Origin: an uncultured Candidatus Rokubacteria bacterium
GTDB taxonomy: Bacteria; Methylomirabilota; Methylomirabilia; Rokubacteriales; CSP1-6
DNA: 64,000 nucleotides
NCBI GenBank assembly: GCA_963754315.1
Contig: CAVWFS010000007.1
Coordinates: forward strand, 480,001 to 544,000
Direction: 5' to 3'
A program made the position numbers and the translations under genes. Under the pieces are notes generated by a model. The model was not told where the DNA came from, ran no database searches, and was given only the letters and a program-made list of their open reading frames with translations. This document shows positions 9,705 to 20,193 of the stretch, piece by piece; within the stretch, counting starts at the first letter, position 1; each line of letters starts with the position of its first letter.

Positions 9705-10886
9705 GTAGAACCTCCTCTCGGTGGGATGACCCCGTCAGGAGCTCCTCGAAGCGTTCCACCACCTGCGACCAATCAAACGCGAGAACCGCCGCACGAGCCT
9801 GAGCTCGTATCGCCGCCAACGCGCGCGGCGAGCGGGCTAGACGCTCGGCAGCTTCGATGAACGCCGCGGCTCGCGCGTAGGGAGCGAGAACTCCCGTCTC
9901 GCCGTCGGTGATGTGCCGTCGGGCCGCCGCGTAGTCATAGGCGACGACCGCGAGCCCGCTCGCCATGGCTTCCAGGGTCACGTTTCCGAACGTCTCCGTC
10001 TCGCTGGCGAAGAGAAACACGTCGGCCGAGGCGTAGTGAACAGCCAGTCGCTCGCCTCTCTGCACGCCGCAAAACACGAGGTCGGGGTGAGCCGCGCGCA
10101 GAGCGGCCCCAGCGGTCCGTCCCCAACCAGCACGAATCGGCGAACGCCTGGAACACGCTGCATGGCCCGGAACGCCTCCACGGCCAGCGCCACGTTCTTC
10201 TCGCACGCGAGGCGCCCAACCGTGAGAACGATGAGGTCAGTCGGCGAGGCGCCCCACAAGCAGCGGAGCGTCTCCGAGCGCCGGTCGGGTGTGAACAGCG
10301 TCGTATCAACCCCGCGCTCGAGGACGTGAAGATTTCGAAAGCCCTGCGCATGCAGGTGCTCACGCAGGTCGACGCTTGGTACGAAGGTGCCGGCAGTGCG
10401 ATTGTGCAACCAGCGCAGATAGCGCGCGATCGGCCGCCCGAGCCAGCCTGCCCCATAGTGCCGCATGTACGTGTGGAAGTTGGTGTGAAAGCCGCTCACG
10501 ACAGGAATGTTGAGCCGGCGGGCCGTGCGCACCGCCGACCATCCAAGCGGTCCCTCGGTGGCGACGTAAATCACACGCGGACGGCGGCGTGTCCACTGGC
10601 GACGCAGGACGCGCGTGGCCGGCAATCCCATCCGGAGAATGTGGTAGCCGGGTAACGGGACGCCGCGCACCAAGGTCAGTGTTGAATCCGGCGGCGCCAT
10701 GTGATCGAGGATGCTCTGCTGCGGGCGCACGATCGAGACGATGTGGCCTCGCGCACGTAGCCCATCGACGAGACGGGCGACCGTCAAGGCCACGCCGTTG
10801 ACCTCAGGTGGAAACGTTTCGGTGACCACGCAGACGTGATGAGCGCTGTCGCGCCCACGCGCTTGCGAACGTCGTGCGTCCCTCAT
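9691..10886 (-). CDS. Glycosyltransferase family 4 (Agt/MgtA-like), frameshift near 10095
   Basis: VTETFPPEVNGVA, ATEGPLG, GFHTNF, VGRLACEKN, then SETETFGNVTLEAMASGL in the second frame. Confidence 0.85.
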
Positions 10887-10961
10887 TGACGTCTCCCGAG
10901 CACCTCAGCGCCACTGGACGTGAGGTTCCCCGCAGTCAGTGTGGCGCCACCACGGACAGGA

Positions 10962-11027
10962 CAGGCCATGAAGAGCTGGCTACTGAGGCATGTCTTCACG
11001 ATGTCGGTCGCGCAACAGGACGGGTAC
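10962..11027 (-). promoter_or_regulatory. Putative Pho-box array upstream of the lipid/phosphonate operon
   Basis: Minus-strand hexamers GTACCC, GTTGCG, GACATC, GACATG, GTAGCC, TTCATG at exact 11-bp spacing. Degenerate. Confidence 0.45.
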
Positions 11028-11158
11028 GCCATAGGTAACCCCAGGGACGGAGAAGCCGCGGACATCGAGGGAAGTTGGGTGAAAGGCGCCGAGAGCGGAG
11101 TCGCGCCCGGGGCTGGTCGGGCGAGCGTTGCCTGGCCAGCCCCGGGCGCGTCGAAGCG

Positions 11159-11946
11159 TTAGGAGGACTTGAGTTTGAAGCCTATGACGGTAGGGCGAGG
11201 CACCCCGGTGCTGTCGTGGGGCCACTGACTGCCGAGTGGTACGGTGCGCGTTTGCGTGAAGAGCCCGCCAGCGAGGTTCAGGCACTCGATGTCACGCACG
11301 AGGTTGGTTTCGTCGCCGATCGGTACATCCTCCCCCGGATGCTGCACGGAGATGATCAAGCTGCTGCCCACGAAGGTGGGGCCCGTGAATTCGCACCGCA
11401 CCGGCCCGTACGCAAAGGGAATGAGGAAGCCTGCGTCGGGGCCATCGAGGGGTGTGTAGAAGAGAGTATTGTTGCCGAAGACACCTACCAGGTTGGGGGT
11501 ATTGCCGCGGGTACTGTGATCAACGGTGAGACGGGCCGGAGTGAGCCCACTGCCCCAGCCTTGCATACGCCCTCTCTCCTCCCCCCCGCCCCCCCCCCCT
11601 CCCTCATGTTGTCTCACTCTCCCCACTTGACGATCGTGTAGTACTCATATTCCGGGGCAACAACCACGTCGTCGAGCACCGTGTACTCCCGCAGCGAAGG
11701 ATCGGCGGTTGGCGGAAGCACCACACCCGTTCCCCCTGGTCCGCGCAGATAGCTCGGTCGGGAGGTGTAGATGGGCAGAGGGTGGGGCACCCGAATGGGT
11801 GTGAAGCCCTGCACCCACGGTGCTCCGGCGGCCTCCACTCGACCCCCGCGCGGGGCGCCGATCTGGGCGACGGCTGGTCCGAGGGCGGCCGTCGCCGCCG
11901 TGGCACCGAAAAAGGTAAGGATCTGGCGTCGGGTAAGCTGGCTCAT
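11159..11946 (-). pseudogene. phoX: PhoX/DUF839 alkaline phosphatase with a large internal deletion
   Basis: Tat signal MSQLTRRQILTFFG and N-terminal DDVVVAPEYEYYTIVKWG are joined across a poly-G tract (11578-11603) to the C-terminal FAYGPVRCEFTGPTF...SVQHPGE...GSQWP...PRPTVI. The central domain is missing. Confidence 0.75.
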
Positions 11947-12006
11947 TCGATCCTCCGCGGGGTTATGGGGTGTGGGCGCGGCGTCTAAGATCCCGCGCCC
12001 GCGCAC

Positions 12007-12060
12007 TTGATAGCCCTCGGACATTGCAGCGTGATGACAGACCCGTGGAGTTTTGGCGAC
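12007..12060 (-). promoter_or_regulatory. Pho-box-like promoter of phoX
   Basis: GTCGCC/TCCACG/GTCATC/GCAATG at 11-bp period, then TATCAA (-10-like) 9 bp downstream. Confidence 0.6.
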
Positions 12061-12075
12061 CTTGGAGCCGACGGC

Positions 12076-13425
12076 TTAGTTGGCGAGAGCGACGAGAAGC
12101 AAGCCGTTCTGACCGAGCGGAGCGTGAAACTTACAGAAGAAGTGCACGGAGCCCGCGAGTGGGAACGTGATGTCAATCGCTACCCGGTCGCCGGGGAGCA
12201 GGTCACGGTCGACGGCGAGCGGGGTAGCACTCAGATTGTGAAGCGCGCTCGCCTCATTCTTCACGTGGAGGCGGAGTCGCTGCCCGCTCCGGCCTCGCAG
12301 AAAGGTTGGCGCGAAGTAGTAATCGTCTGCCCGCAGGGTCGCCTGCGTCATATCTCTCACGTCCAAGGTGCCGTGATCGGCGACGGGGAACCCACCGATC
12401 GTGACGGCCCCCCGCTCTGCCCCCGTCGGTGCGGCGCCGGAGGTGCCCCGCGTCGACTGCGGCTGAACGGCGATCTTGCGGGGGGCATTACCCACCGGGA
12501 TCGTGGCAATGACCGTGCGCGCGGTGAGATCCACCACCGACACGTCGTTCGAGCCCTCGTTGCTTACGTAAGCTCGCTTTCCGTCAGAACTGGCCGCTAC
12601 CCAGTGTGGGGTTTTGCCCACCGGAACCGTACCGGCCACCATCCCGCTCACCGCGTCGATAATCCCGAGCTCGCCGGGTCCCTGACTGGGCACGAGAGCC
12701 CACCGCCCATCGGGGGTGAAGGGGGCCTGGTGAGGTGAGGCGCCTACCGGAATCTGGCCCACGACCCGGTTGGTCGCGGTGTCGAGCACCTGCACCGCGG
12801 CCAAGCCGGCGACCGTGAAGTAGAGTCGCTGCCCGTCGGGACTGAGATCGAGAGCCCGAGGCGTCCGGTCGAGAGGGACCCGCGCCGTCTCCTTCATGGT
12901 GGCGACGTCGATCCGCACGAGTGCCGTTGCCCCTTGCTGCTGCGAGCCGACCCAGGCCTGGCGACCGTCCGTGCTGATCGTGCCATTGTGAGCCTGCGCG
13001 ACCGGGATCCGGCCCACGATCCGGTCGGCTGTCGTGTCGATGAAGATAGCCTCGTTAGCGCCCCACGCCGACACCAGGACACGCGTGCCGTCAGCCGAGA
13101 CGGCGAGGCCGTGCGGGTTCGGTCCCACCTCCACCGTGGCCACGGCGCGGTCGGTGGTGGTGTCGATGACGGTGACCGTGGAATCGCCATCGCTCGAGAC
13201 GTACACCTTGCGTCCGTCCGGCGTCACCACGAGGCCGTGAGGTCCCTTGGGCACGGCGATGGTTCCGACCACGCGGTTGGATGCCGTGTCGATCACGGCT
13301 ACCGCGTTGTCACGAAAGAGGCCGACGTAGACCTTGGGGGCAGCCGCTCCGAGCCCCGAATCGACGGTCTCCACCCACAGAATCCACGTCAGCAGCATCG
13401 CGGCCGTCACCACCATCCGTGCCAT
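12076..13425 (-). CDS. Exported YVTN beta-propeller protein with a C-terminal cupredoxin domain
   Basis: Repeated VGxxPHGLAVxxDGxxVYVS units, signal peptide, and C-terminal LHN...FFCKFHAPLGQNG. Confidence 0.85.
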   Translation of the reverse strand: MARMVVTAAMLLTWILWVETVDSGLGAAAPKVYVGLFRDNAVAVIDTASNRVVGTIAVPKGPHGLVVTPDGRKVYVSSDGDSTVTVIDTTTDRAVATVEVGPNPHGLAVSADGTRVLVSAWGANEAIFIDTTADRIVGRIPVAQAHNGTISTDGRQAWVGSQQQGATALVRIDVATMKETARVPLDRTPRALDLSPDGQRLYFTVAGLAAVQVLDTATNRVVGQIPVGASPHQAPFTPDGRWALVPSQGPGELGIIDAVSGMVAGTVPVGKTPHWVAASSDGKRAYVSNEGSNDVSVVDLTARTVIATIPVGNAPRKIAVQPQSTRGTSGAAPTGAERGAVTIGGFPVADHGTLDVRDMTQATLRADDYYFAPTFLRGRSGQRLRLHVKNEASALHNLSATPLAVDRDLLPGDRVAIDITFPLAGSVHFFCKFHAPLGQNGLLLVALAN

Positions 13426-13505
13426 GTCGATTTGTCCTTTCTGTCTGGGGACCCTGTCGGCGTGGCGCGCTGTTGGGGCGCGGCACACGACGTCTCTAAT
13501 GGTGC

Positions 13506-13531
13506 TAACGCCGATCGCCCCGGGTCGTTCC
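13506..13531 (-). promoter_or_regulatory. ECF (SigH/SigR-type) promoter upstream of the YVTN-cupredoxin gene
   Basis: Minus strand GGAAC-N17-GTTA, next to the divergent ECF sigma gene. Confidence 0.55.
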
Positions 13532-13600
13532 GTTGCGTAGCGAAAACGTCACGGCGGCCACCGGCACACCTGGGCAGAGGATGCTACGATGCCTGGCACC

Positions 13601-14143
13601 ATGATGCGGCAGAGCGACGGTACGGCGGCGTCGCTTGGCCAGCAGGCGCTGGCCTATGCCGACACGCTTTACAATCTGGCTCGCTACCTCACCGGCAACG
13701 CCACCGATGCGGAAGATCTCGTGCAGGAGACGTACGTCCGTGCTCTGGCGGCGGCCGGCCGATTCGAGCCGGGGACAAACCTGAAGGCATGGCTCTTTCG
13801 GATCCTCCGCAATACGTTCCTCAGTCTGGCCCGGCAGCGGCGGAGCAACCCGACCGTAGGCGGCCTTGACACGGTGGATCCGGTAATCGAGCCTTCGGCC
13901 GGCGCGGCGTGGCTACGTGACGACGTCGAGCTCGATCGGCTGCGGAAGGTCGTAGCGGCTGAGATCGAGCGGGCGCTGATGAGCCTGTCCGACGACGCCC
14001 GGCTGATCATCCTGCTCGACCTGGAGGGTCTGACGGAAGCCGAGGCGGCGGCGGTGCTGCAGTGCCCAGTCGGTACGGTGAAATCGCGGCTGGCGCGGGC
14101 GCGCTACGCCCTCCGCCGCCAGCTTCAGGACTACGCGCGGTGA
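13601..14143 (+). CDS. ECF RNA polymerase sigma factor
   Basis: DAEDLVQETYVRA, GTNLKAWLFRILRN, CPVGTVKSRLARAR. Start could be 13589, 13601 or 13604. Confidence 0.92.
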   Translation: MMRQSDGTAASLGQQALAYADTLYNLARYLTGNATDAEDLVQETYVRALAAAGRFEPGTNLKAWLFRILRNTFLSLARQRRSNPTVGGLDTVDPVIEPSAGAAWLRDDVELDRLRKVVAAEIERALMSLSDDARLIILLDLEGLTEAEAAAVLQCPVGTVKSRLARARYALRRQLQDYAR

Positions 14144-14151
14144 CACGCGAC

Positions 14152-14916
14152 ATGGATTGCCCCACGGCCAGGCTCCACATTCTGGAGGATCAGCGCGGCG
14201 AGCTGGATCCGGCTGCCGCGGCGACCCTCGCGTGCCATCTCGAGCGCTGCCCTGACTGCGCGCACGAGGAGAGGGCTGAACGGCTTCTGGCCGAACGGCT
14301 GGATCTCCACCTGCCCCGGCATGCGGCTTCCTTTGCGCTCAAGCGCCGCTTGGCCTCCCAGTGGCCTGTCTCATCGCCCACTTCGGTCCGAAGTCTGCTT
14401 GGCAGGTCAGGGCGCTGGCTGGCAGTGGCGGCCGGAATCCTCCTGACCATTTCCCTGGCCGCCTTGGCGGCAGGTCGGCTTGCCGGACGGCATCCGGCGG
14501 AGTCCCTCGTGACGGAAGCGGTGAACGATCACCTCAGGGTTCTCGCGAAGGGGTCAAACCTCGACGTCCAGAGCAGCGACCTGCACCAGGTTCGGCCATG
14601 GCTCAGCTCCCGCCTCGACTTCGCGCCGGTGATTCCCTTCCCGGGTGACCACGATTTTCCGCTGCGGGGAGGCGGCCTGGAGTACTTCCTCGACCGCCGG
14701 GCGGCAGTCCTCGTTTACGGCCGCCGGTTGCACACGGTGACTGTGATTGTCACTCGACCCGATGGACAGGCCTGGCCAGAGGCGGCGACGCCGCTGGTCA
14801 CAAACGTCCGGGGCTTTCACGTGCGGCTGTGGACACGCGGCGGCCTCGCGTATGCGGTGGTCTCCGACCTGGACCCGGGCGAGCTGGCCCGCTTCGCGGC
14901 CCGGCTGGGGGGCTGA
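14152..14916 (+). CDS. Zinc-finger (ZAS) transmembrane anti-sigma factor
   Basis: HLERCPDC HxxxCxxC motif, TM helix, periplasmic SSDLHQVRPW...GGGLEY domain. Directly follows the sigma gene. Confidence 0.88.
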   Translation: MDCPTARLHILEDQRGELDPAAAATLACHLERCPDCAHEERAERLLAERLDLHLPRHAASFALKRRLASQWPVSSPTSVRSLLGRSGRWLAVAAGILLTISLAALAAGRLAGRHPAESLVTEAVNDHLRVLAKGSNLDVQSSDLHQVRPWLSSRLDFAPVIPFPGDHDFPLRGGGLEYFLDRRAAVLVYGRRLHTVTVIVTRPDGQAWPEAATPLVTNVRGFHVRLWTRGGLAYAVVSDLDPGELARFAARLGG

Positions 14917-14943
14917 CACCCGTTCTGGCGCGAGGGCTTCCCT

Positions 14944-15633
14944 TCAGCCGCCGCTAGGACGGCGCGACCTGCGGCCCTTCTGGCCTCGAGACTCACTGGG
15001 CGAGCGCGGGGTTCGCGTCCTCGTCCGCTGGCGACTCCCGCGCGGCGGCGCCGCGCGGGTCACCGCCTCCACATTTGTTCGTACACCCGCAATGGTTCCA
15101 GCGAGCGCGTCGCGCACGGCACGGCCAGCGGCGGCACTCACACGGTCGGCACCCTCGATGGCTCCCTGTGCGGCGTCCGTGGCCAGCCTACCGGCGTCAC
15201 CGCCCGTGGTGCGGGCAGCGGCGATTGTTCCCTCCACCGCGCGCCGGGCCACGTCCGCCACGTCGCCACCCACCTCAGCGGCCGTCCTCACGGCGGCCTG
15301 GGCGGCCGCCTTCGCCGCCGTTCCCAGCTCACCACCGATCTCCTGAGCAGCCTGCACCGTCCCCTGGACCGCGCTCTTCGCAGCGCCGCCGAGGTCGCCG
15401 CCGATGTCGGCGGCCGCCCGGATGGCCATGCGAACGGCCGTCACCCCCGCCGTCCCCACGTAGGTGCCAACCTCGGCGAGGCCGGTCAAAGTGGTGACCA
15501 ACGTCTGCCGCACGAGATTCAGCACACCCACCGAGACGATCTCGGCGCCGTTGATGGCGCCGCGCACGACCTCCTCCATCCGCTGTGGTGTCGGACGCTC
15601 GACCTTTGCCCTGGCACGCTTCCTCTGAGCCAT
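14944..15633 (-). CDS. Ala/Gly-rich protein with 22-aa amphipathic helical repeats (copy 1)
   Basis: Repeats DIGGDLGGAAKSAVQGTVQAAQ / EIGGELGTAAKAAAQAAVRTAA / EVGGDVADVARRAVEGTIAAAR, Arg-rich termini, RBS just after the metK stop. Confidence 0.75.
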   Translation of the reverse strand: MAQRKRARAKVERPTPQRMEEVVRGAINGAEIVSVGVLNLVRQTLVTTLTGLAEVGTYVGTAGVTAVRMAIRAAADIGGDLGGAAKSAVQGTVQAAQEIGGELGTAAKAAAQAAVRTAAEVGGDVADVARRAVEGTIAAARTTGGDAGRLATDAAQGAIEGADRVSAAAGRAVRDALAGTIAGVRTNVEAVTRAAPPRGSRQRTRTRTPRSPSESRGQKGRRSRRPSGG

Positions 15634-15654
15634 TGTTCATTCCCCTTCTCGGGT

Positions 15655-16872
15655 TCAGGCGAGCTGCCGCGCCGCCCGCTCGAGCTTCACCCGGTGATCC
15701 TCGCTCTCCCAGGGCACCTCGAGGTCGCGGCGGCCAAAGTGGCCGTACGAGGCCAGACGGGCGTAGAACGATCCCTCATGCTGGGCGGGCAATTCACGCA
15801 GATGGAAGCGCTGTAGCACCGCTGCCGGTCGCAGATCCATGGTCTCCTCGACGATCCTGGCCAAGACGTCGTCGGGTACGACACCCGTGCCGAAGGTCTG
15901 CACCGACACGGTCAACGGTTGAGCCTGGCCGATGGCATACGCAAGGTGCACCTCGCATTCTGCGCACAACTTGGCCGCCACCAAGTTACTGGCCGCGTGA
16001 CGGGCCGCGTAAGCGCCGAGGCGGTCGATGTGATCCGGGTCCTTGCCCGACAAGGCTCCTCCGCCGTGCCGGCTGTAACCCCCATAGGTATCCACGGTGT
16101 TCTTGCGGCCCGTGAGGCCGGCGTCGCGGCGTGGGCCGCCCACCACGAACGGGCCACCTGGATTCACGAACAGACGTGTCGTCCGACCGAACTCAAGACC
16201 CGTCTCGCTCAGCACGGGCCCCAGGACAGCCTGTCGAATGTCATCCTCGAGCCGGTGGTCCGCGCCTGCCGCACCCCGGCGGCTGGTCGTCTGGACGCTA
16301 ATCACCACCGTGTGCAGCCGAACCGGCCGCCGACCTTCGAACTCGATCGCGACCAGGGTTTTGCCGTCGGGCCCTAGGTACGATAAGGCCTTTGTTCGAC
16401 GCACTTCGTCGAGGCGACGAGCGAGCCGATGGGCCAGCGCGATTGGCAATGGCATGCGCTCGGGCGTGTGCGTGCAGGCATAGCCGAAGACGGAGGCCTG
16501 GTCGGATGCCACCATCGCGTCTAGTTCGTTGTCGGCGCCGTCGACCACGCTGCGCGCGCCGTGGGGCGCCCGCTGCGACAAGCTCGTGATGACACTGGCG
16601 TTCTCGGGGTCGAAGCCCTGGGCCTCCGTGTATCCAATCTCGCGGATCACCCGTCGCGCCACCTCGGCCGGATCGACGCTGACCGACGACATGGAGTTGA
16701 CGGCGAGAAAGACGAGCCCCGTGGCCACCGCGCATTCCGCCGATACCTGGGCATCGGAGTCCAGGTACAGGAACGCATCGACCACGGCGTCCGAGATCTG
16801 ATCACAGATCTTGTCCGGATGACCCTGGGTCACCGATTCCGAGGTGAAGACACTCCGCTTGCTCACGCTCAC
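15655..16872 (-). CDS. metK: Divergent methionine adenosyltransferase (MetK-like paralogue)
   Basis: FTSESVTQGHPDKICDQISD, GLTGRK, VDTYGG, GGGALSGKD, YGHFGR. The GAGDQG signature is changed to VASDQA. Confidence 0.85.
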   Translation of the reverse strand: MSVSKRSVFTSESVTQGHPDKICDQISDAVVDAFLYLDSDAQVSAECAVATGLVFLAVNSMSSVSVDPAEVARRVIREIGYTEAQGFDPENASVITSLSQRAPHGARSVVDGADNELDAMVASDQASVFGYACTHTPERMPLPIALAHRLARRLDEVRRTKALSYLGPDGKTLVAIEFEGRRPVRLHTVVISVQTTSRRGAAGADHRLEDDIRQAVLGPVLSETGLEFGRTTRLFVNPGGPFVVGGPRRDAGLTGRKNTVDTYGGYSRHGGGALSGKDPDHIDRLGAYAARHAASNLVAAKLCAECEVHLAYAIGQAQPLTVSVQTFGTGVVPDDVLARIVEETMDLRPAAVLQRFHLRELPAQHEGSFYARLASYGHFGRRDLEVPWESEDHRVKLERAARQLA

Positions 16873-19863
16873 GCTGGCTCCTTCCTTACGGCCTTTGCAA
16901 TCTCGTGAGCCGCGAGGGGTGCCGCCGCCCCCGCCCCCACCACGACCCAGTCAATCAGCCCAAGCGGGGTCGTCCCGAGCAACTGTCGCAGCACCGGCAC
17001 GGTCACACTCGCTACCTGCAGAGCGAGGGTACCCCCAAGCGCTCCCACCATGAGCGGGTTCTGACGCAGGTCAGAGAGTCCCGAGCGGGTCTCTGACCGA
17101 CATGTGAGGGCATGCAAGAGCTGGGAGCTGGTGAGGGTCGCGAAGGCCACGGTGGAGGCCTGGGGACCCATGCCATAGCGGGCCGTAGCGACTCCGTACG
17201 CGCCCAAGGTGCTCGCCGCCAGCAGCGCGGCGTCTCGGCCCACGCCGAGGAGGGTTCGGGTGGACAAGATGGACGCCTCACGATCCTGCGGCTCGTGCAG
17301 CATGACGTCACGCTCGGGGGGCTCCACCGCGAGAGCCAGGGCCGGTACCACATCGGACAGCAGGTTGATCCAAAGGAACTGGACCGCGCTGAGCGGACGG
17401 GCGGCACCCAGCGCGATGGCGCCGATCGTGACCAGTATCTCGCTGAGGTTCGTGGCGAGGAGAAAGTTCAGCGCCTTGCGCACGTTGGTATGAGTGGTAC
17501 GGCCCTGCTCGATGGCGGCCACCAGAGACGAGAGATTGTCGTCGAGGAGTATGACATCGCCGAGGTCGCGCGCCACGTCGGTTCCACTCGCGCCCATGGC
17601 TACGCCGATGTCGGCCACCCGTAGCGCCGGACCGTCGTTGATGCCATCGCCGGTCATGGCCACGACCTCACCGCTGGCTTGCAGAGCCTTCACGACCTGA
17701 TATTTGTGCGCGGGCGACACACGGGCGAAGATGTCGACTTCCGCGGCAAGGCCGCGCAGCGCTTCCGGGGTCAAGGCCGAGAGCTGGGTGGCCTCAGCGA
17801 CCCGGAGGCTTCCGTGACGCTCGAGACCTAGGGCTCGTCCCACTGCGATGGCCGTTCCGCTCTGATCGCCGGTGAGCATCACGATGCGCATCCCGGCCCG
17901 CTGGCAGGCCGCGATGACCTCGCGTACACCCGGGCGGATCGGATCGGCCATGCCGACCAGTCCCGTCCACACCAAGTCCTCGTGAGGAGGAGCACCGGCC
18001 GAGGGCTCATTGAAGGCGAGCCCGAGGACGCGCATGGCCTGTTCGGCCATGCGGGCGTTGGCCGCCAAGATTTCGCGTCGGATCTTCGCGGTGAGACGGC
18101 GGAAGTGGCCGTTGGCGCCCAGGATTCGCGTCGAGCGCTGCAGGACCTCCTCGGGCGCTCCCTTGACCGCCACCAACTCGTAGCCGTCGGCGTTCCGATG
18201 TCGCGTCGCCATCCAGTTCTGGCCTTCGGCGCGCGGCCAGACCTCTGCCAAGGGAAACGCATTGCGGACTTCCCGGTAGTCGAGCCCGCGACGCCGGGCG
18301 GCCTCGAGGAGCGCCCCTTCCGTCGCACTCCCCCGGATCGTGCAGCCGTTGTCACTCTCCTCCAGCTCCGCCTCGTTGCAGAGCATGGCGACGGTGATGG
18401 CGCGGGCCAAGCGTTGGTCCAGGTCAGTCAGGGCCGTCCGGCCGTTACCGTGGCTTACATCCGGGCTCCCATCGCTCGGATCCGCGACGAAGAGCGCCGT
18501 TTTCGAGGGACCACCCCTGGACGCTCATCCGATTCTCGGTCAAGGTCCCGGTCTTGTCGAGACAGATGACCGTGGTTGCGCCAAGAGTCTCGATCACCTG
18601 GAGCCGACGTACCAGGGCCTGGCGCTTCAGCATGCGATGCATGCCGAGGGCGAGCGTCGTGGTCGCGACAGTGGGTAGACCTTCCGGGACCGCCGCCACC
18701 CCCAGCGCGATCGTGGTCCGGGCCATCTCGAGAAACGATACCCCTCGAAGCAACCCAAGGCCCAGCGCCACCCCACACAGCGCGGTGGTCACGCCTACGA
18801 GCGTCCGTCCCATCTGCGCCAAGTGCGCTTCGAGCGGAGTCGGCGGGGCGGCCGACTGCGCGATCAGCGCGCGAATCTGGCCGACCTCGGAATTGGCACC
18901 GGTTTCGGTGACGACGGCCAGGCCGGCGCCCTCACTCACCACGGTGCCGGCAAAGATCATGTTGGTGCGGTCGGCCAGCGGCGTGGCAGTGCGCATGCAC
19001 CGTCTGGGCGCGCTTTGCCACCGGCATACTTTCCCCGGTCAGCATCGACTCGTTCACGAGCAGCCCGTCGACGTCCTCGAGCAGACGCCCGTCCGCCGGC
19101 ACTTCGTGGCCCGCCCGCAGCAGGATCACATCACCAGGCACCAGCACTGCCGCGGCCAGGAGCGTGTTCCGCCCATCACGGCGGACCAGAGCCGTCGGCA
19201 CGGCCATGCGCTGGAGCGAGGTCAGGATTCGCTCGACCCGACTCTCGGTGATGTAGCCGACGGCGGCATTCACCACGACAACCCCAACAATCACGAGCGC
19301 GTCGAAGATACCGCCAGTGATGAGTGACACGGCCGCTGCCCCGGCCAGCAGCGCTACTGGCAGGGTGGCCACCTGGTCCACCAGGATGGCCATCGCGGAC
19401 TTTGGCTCAGGAGCGGGGAGAGCATTCGGCCCGTAGGCGGCAAGGCGCCGAGCGGCTTCGGTGCCGGCGAGCCCTCGCTCGGGAACGACCTCCAGCCGCG
19501 TGGTGACGGCGTCCGTGGCCAAGGCATGCCAAGCTGTGCGGCCCTCCAGGCGCGACAGCCTCGGCTCGGTCTGGTCCCTTTGTGCGCCGTCGCGGTGCTC
19601 GCCGTGGAGCCGTGACCGCCAGCGATTTCAAGGACGAGCTGGTTGACGGTCAGCCTGGTCGCATCGAAGAACACCAGGACGGACCCGGTCACGGGGCTCA
19701 CCTGGGCCGAGCCCACATGGGCGAGCCCCTGCAGATGATCCCGAATGCGTTGGGCCAGTGACGGCGATCGCCGTAATCCCGCCACCCGGACACGAAGGCG
19801 ACCGGCTACGGCGACAGAGACAAGCGTGATGGAGGGGGGAACGGTGCGCGCCTCGCTGCTCAT
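16869..19863 (-). CDS. Type II (Ca2+/cation) P-type ATPase with an N-terminal HMA2-like domain (frameshifts near 19530, 18990 and 18480)
   Basis: N-terminal VAGRLRVRV...SPVTGSVLVFFD, then YGPN, LTGES, AAVPEGLP, DKTGTLTEN, KGAPE, TGDGINDGPAL and WINLLSD. The stop overlaps the metK start. Confidence 0.85.
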
Positions 19864-19900
19864 GGACCCGATCAGGCACCTCCCATAAATCTCTCCGGAC

Positions 19901-19916
19901 TGCCGAACAGGTGCCA
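19901..19916 (-). promoter_or_regulatory. Possible sigma54 promoter of the ATPase-metK operon
   Basis: TGGCACCTGTTCGGCA fits GG-N10-GC with a perfect -24 element and an imperfect -12 element. Confidence 0.3.
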
Positions 19917-20193
19917 GTCGCGGGGAAGCGGAGACCGGTTAGGTGCTAGGAGCTTAGACTCGTGGCTGTGCCGGAGTCCCCGAGGTCCCCCCGCTGATCG
20001 AGATAGCCATGCATCGCTCGCCGAAACTGTCTACCCAGGCTTGACGGTGAACCCAGAACCGACTCCACCAGGAAACCTACCGCGAGATCCAGCAGCCCCG
20101 GCAGCATCATTGCGCCTCCTCAGGTATGGCCGCTGCTTTCATCCTCGCCTACTGAGGATAACGCCTGGATGTAACAGAGTGACGAAGGAATTG

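Noticed and set aside
16869..19863. Programmed frameshifting or split-gene biology in the ATPase, TBDR, porin, SBP and GT4 genes
   Set aside because: Indels are scattered across unrelated genes without consistent slippery sites, which is best explained by sequencing error.
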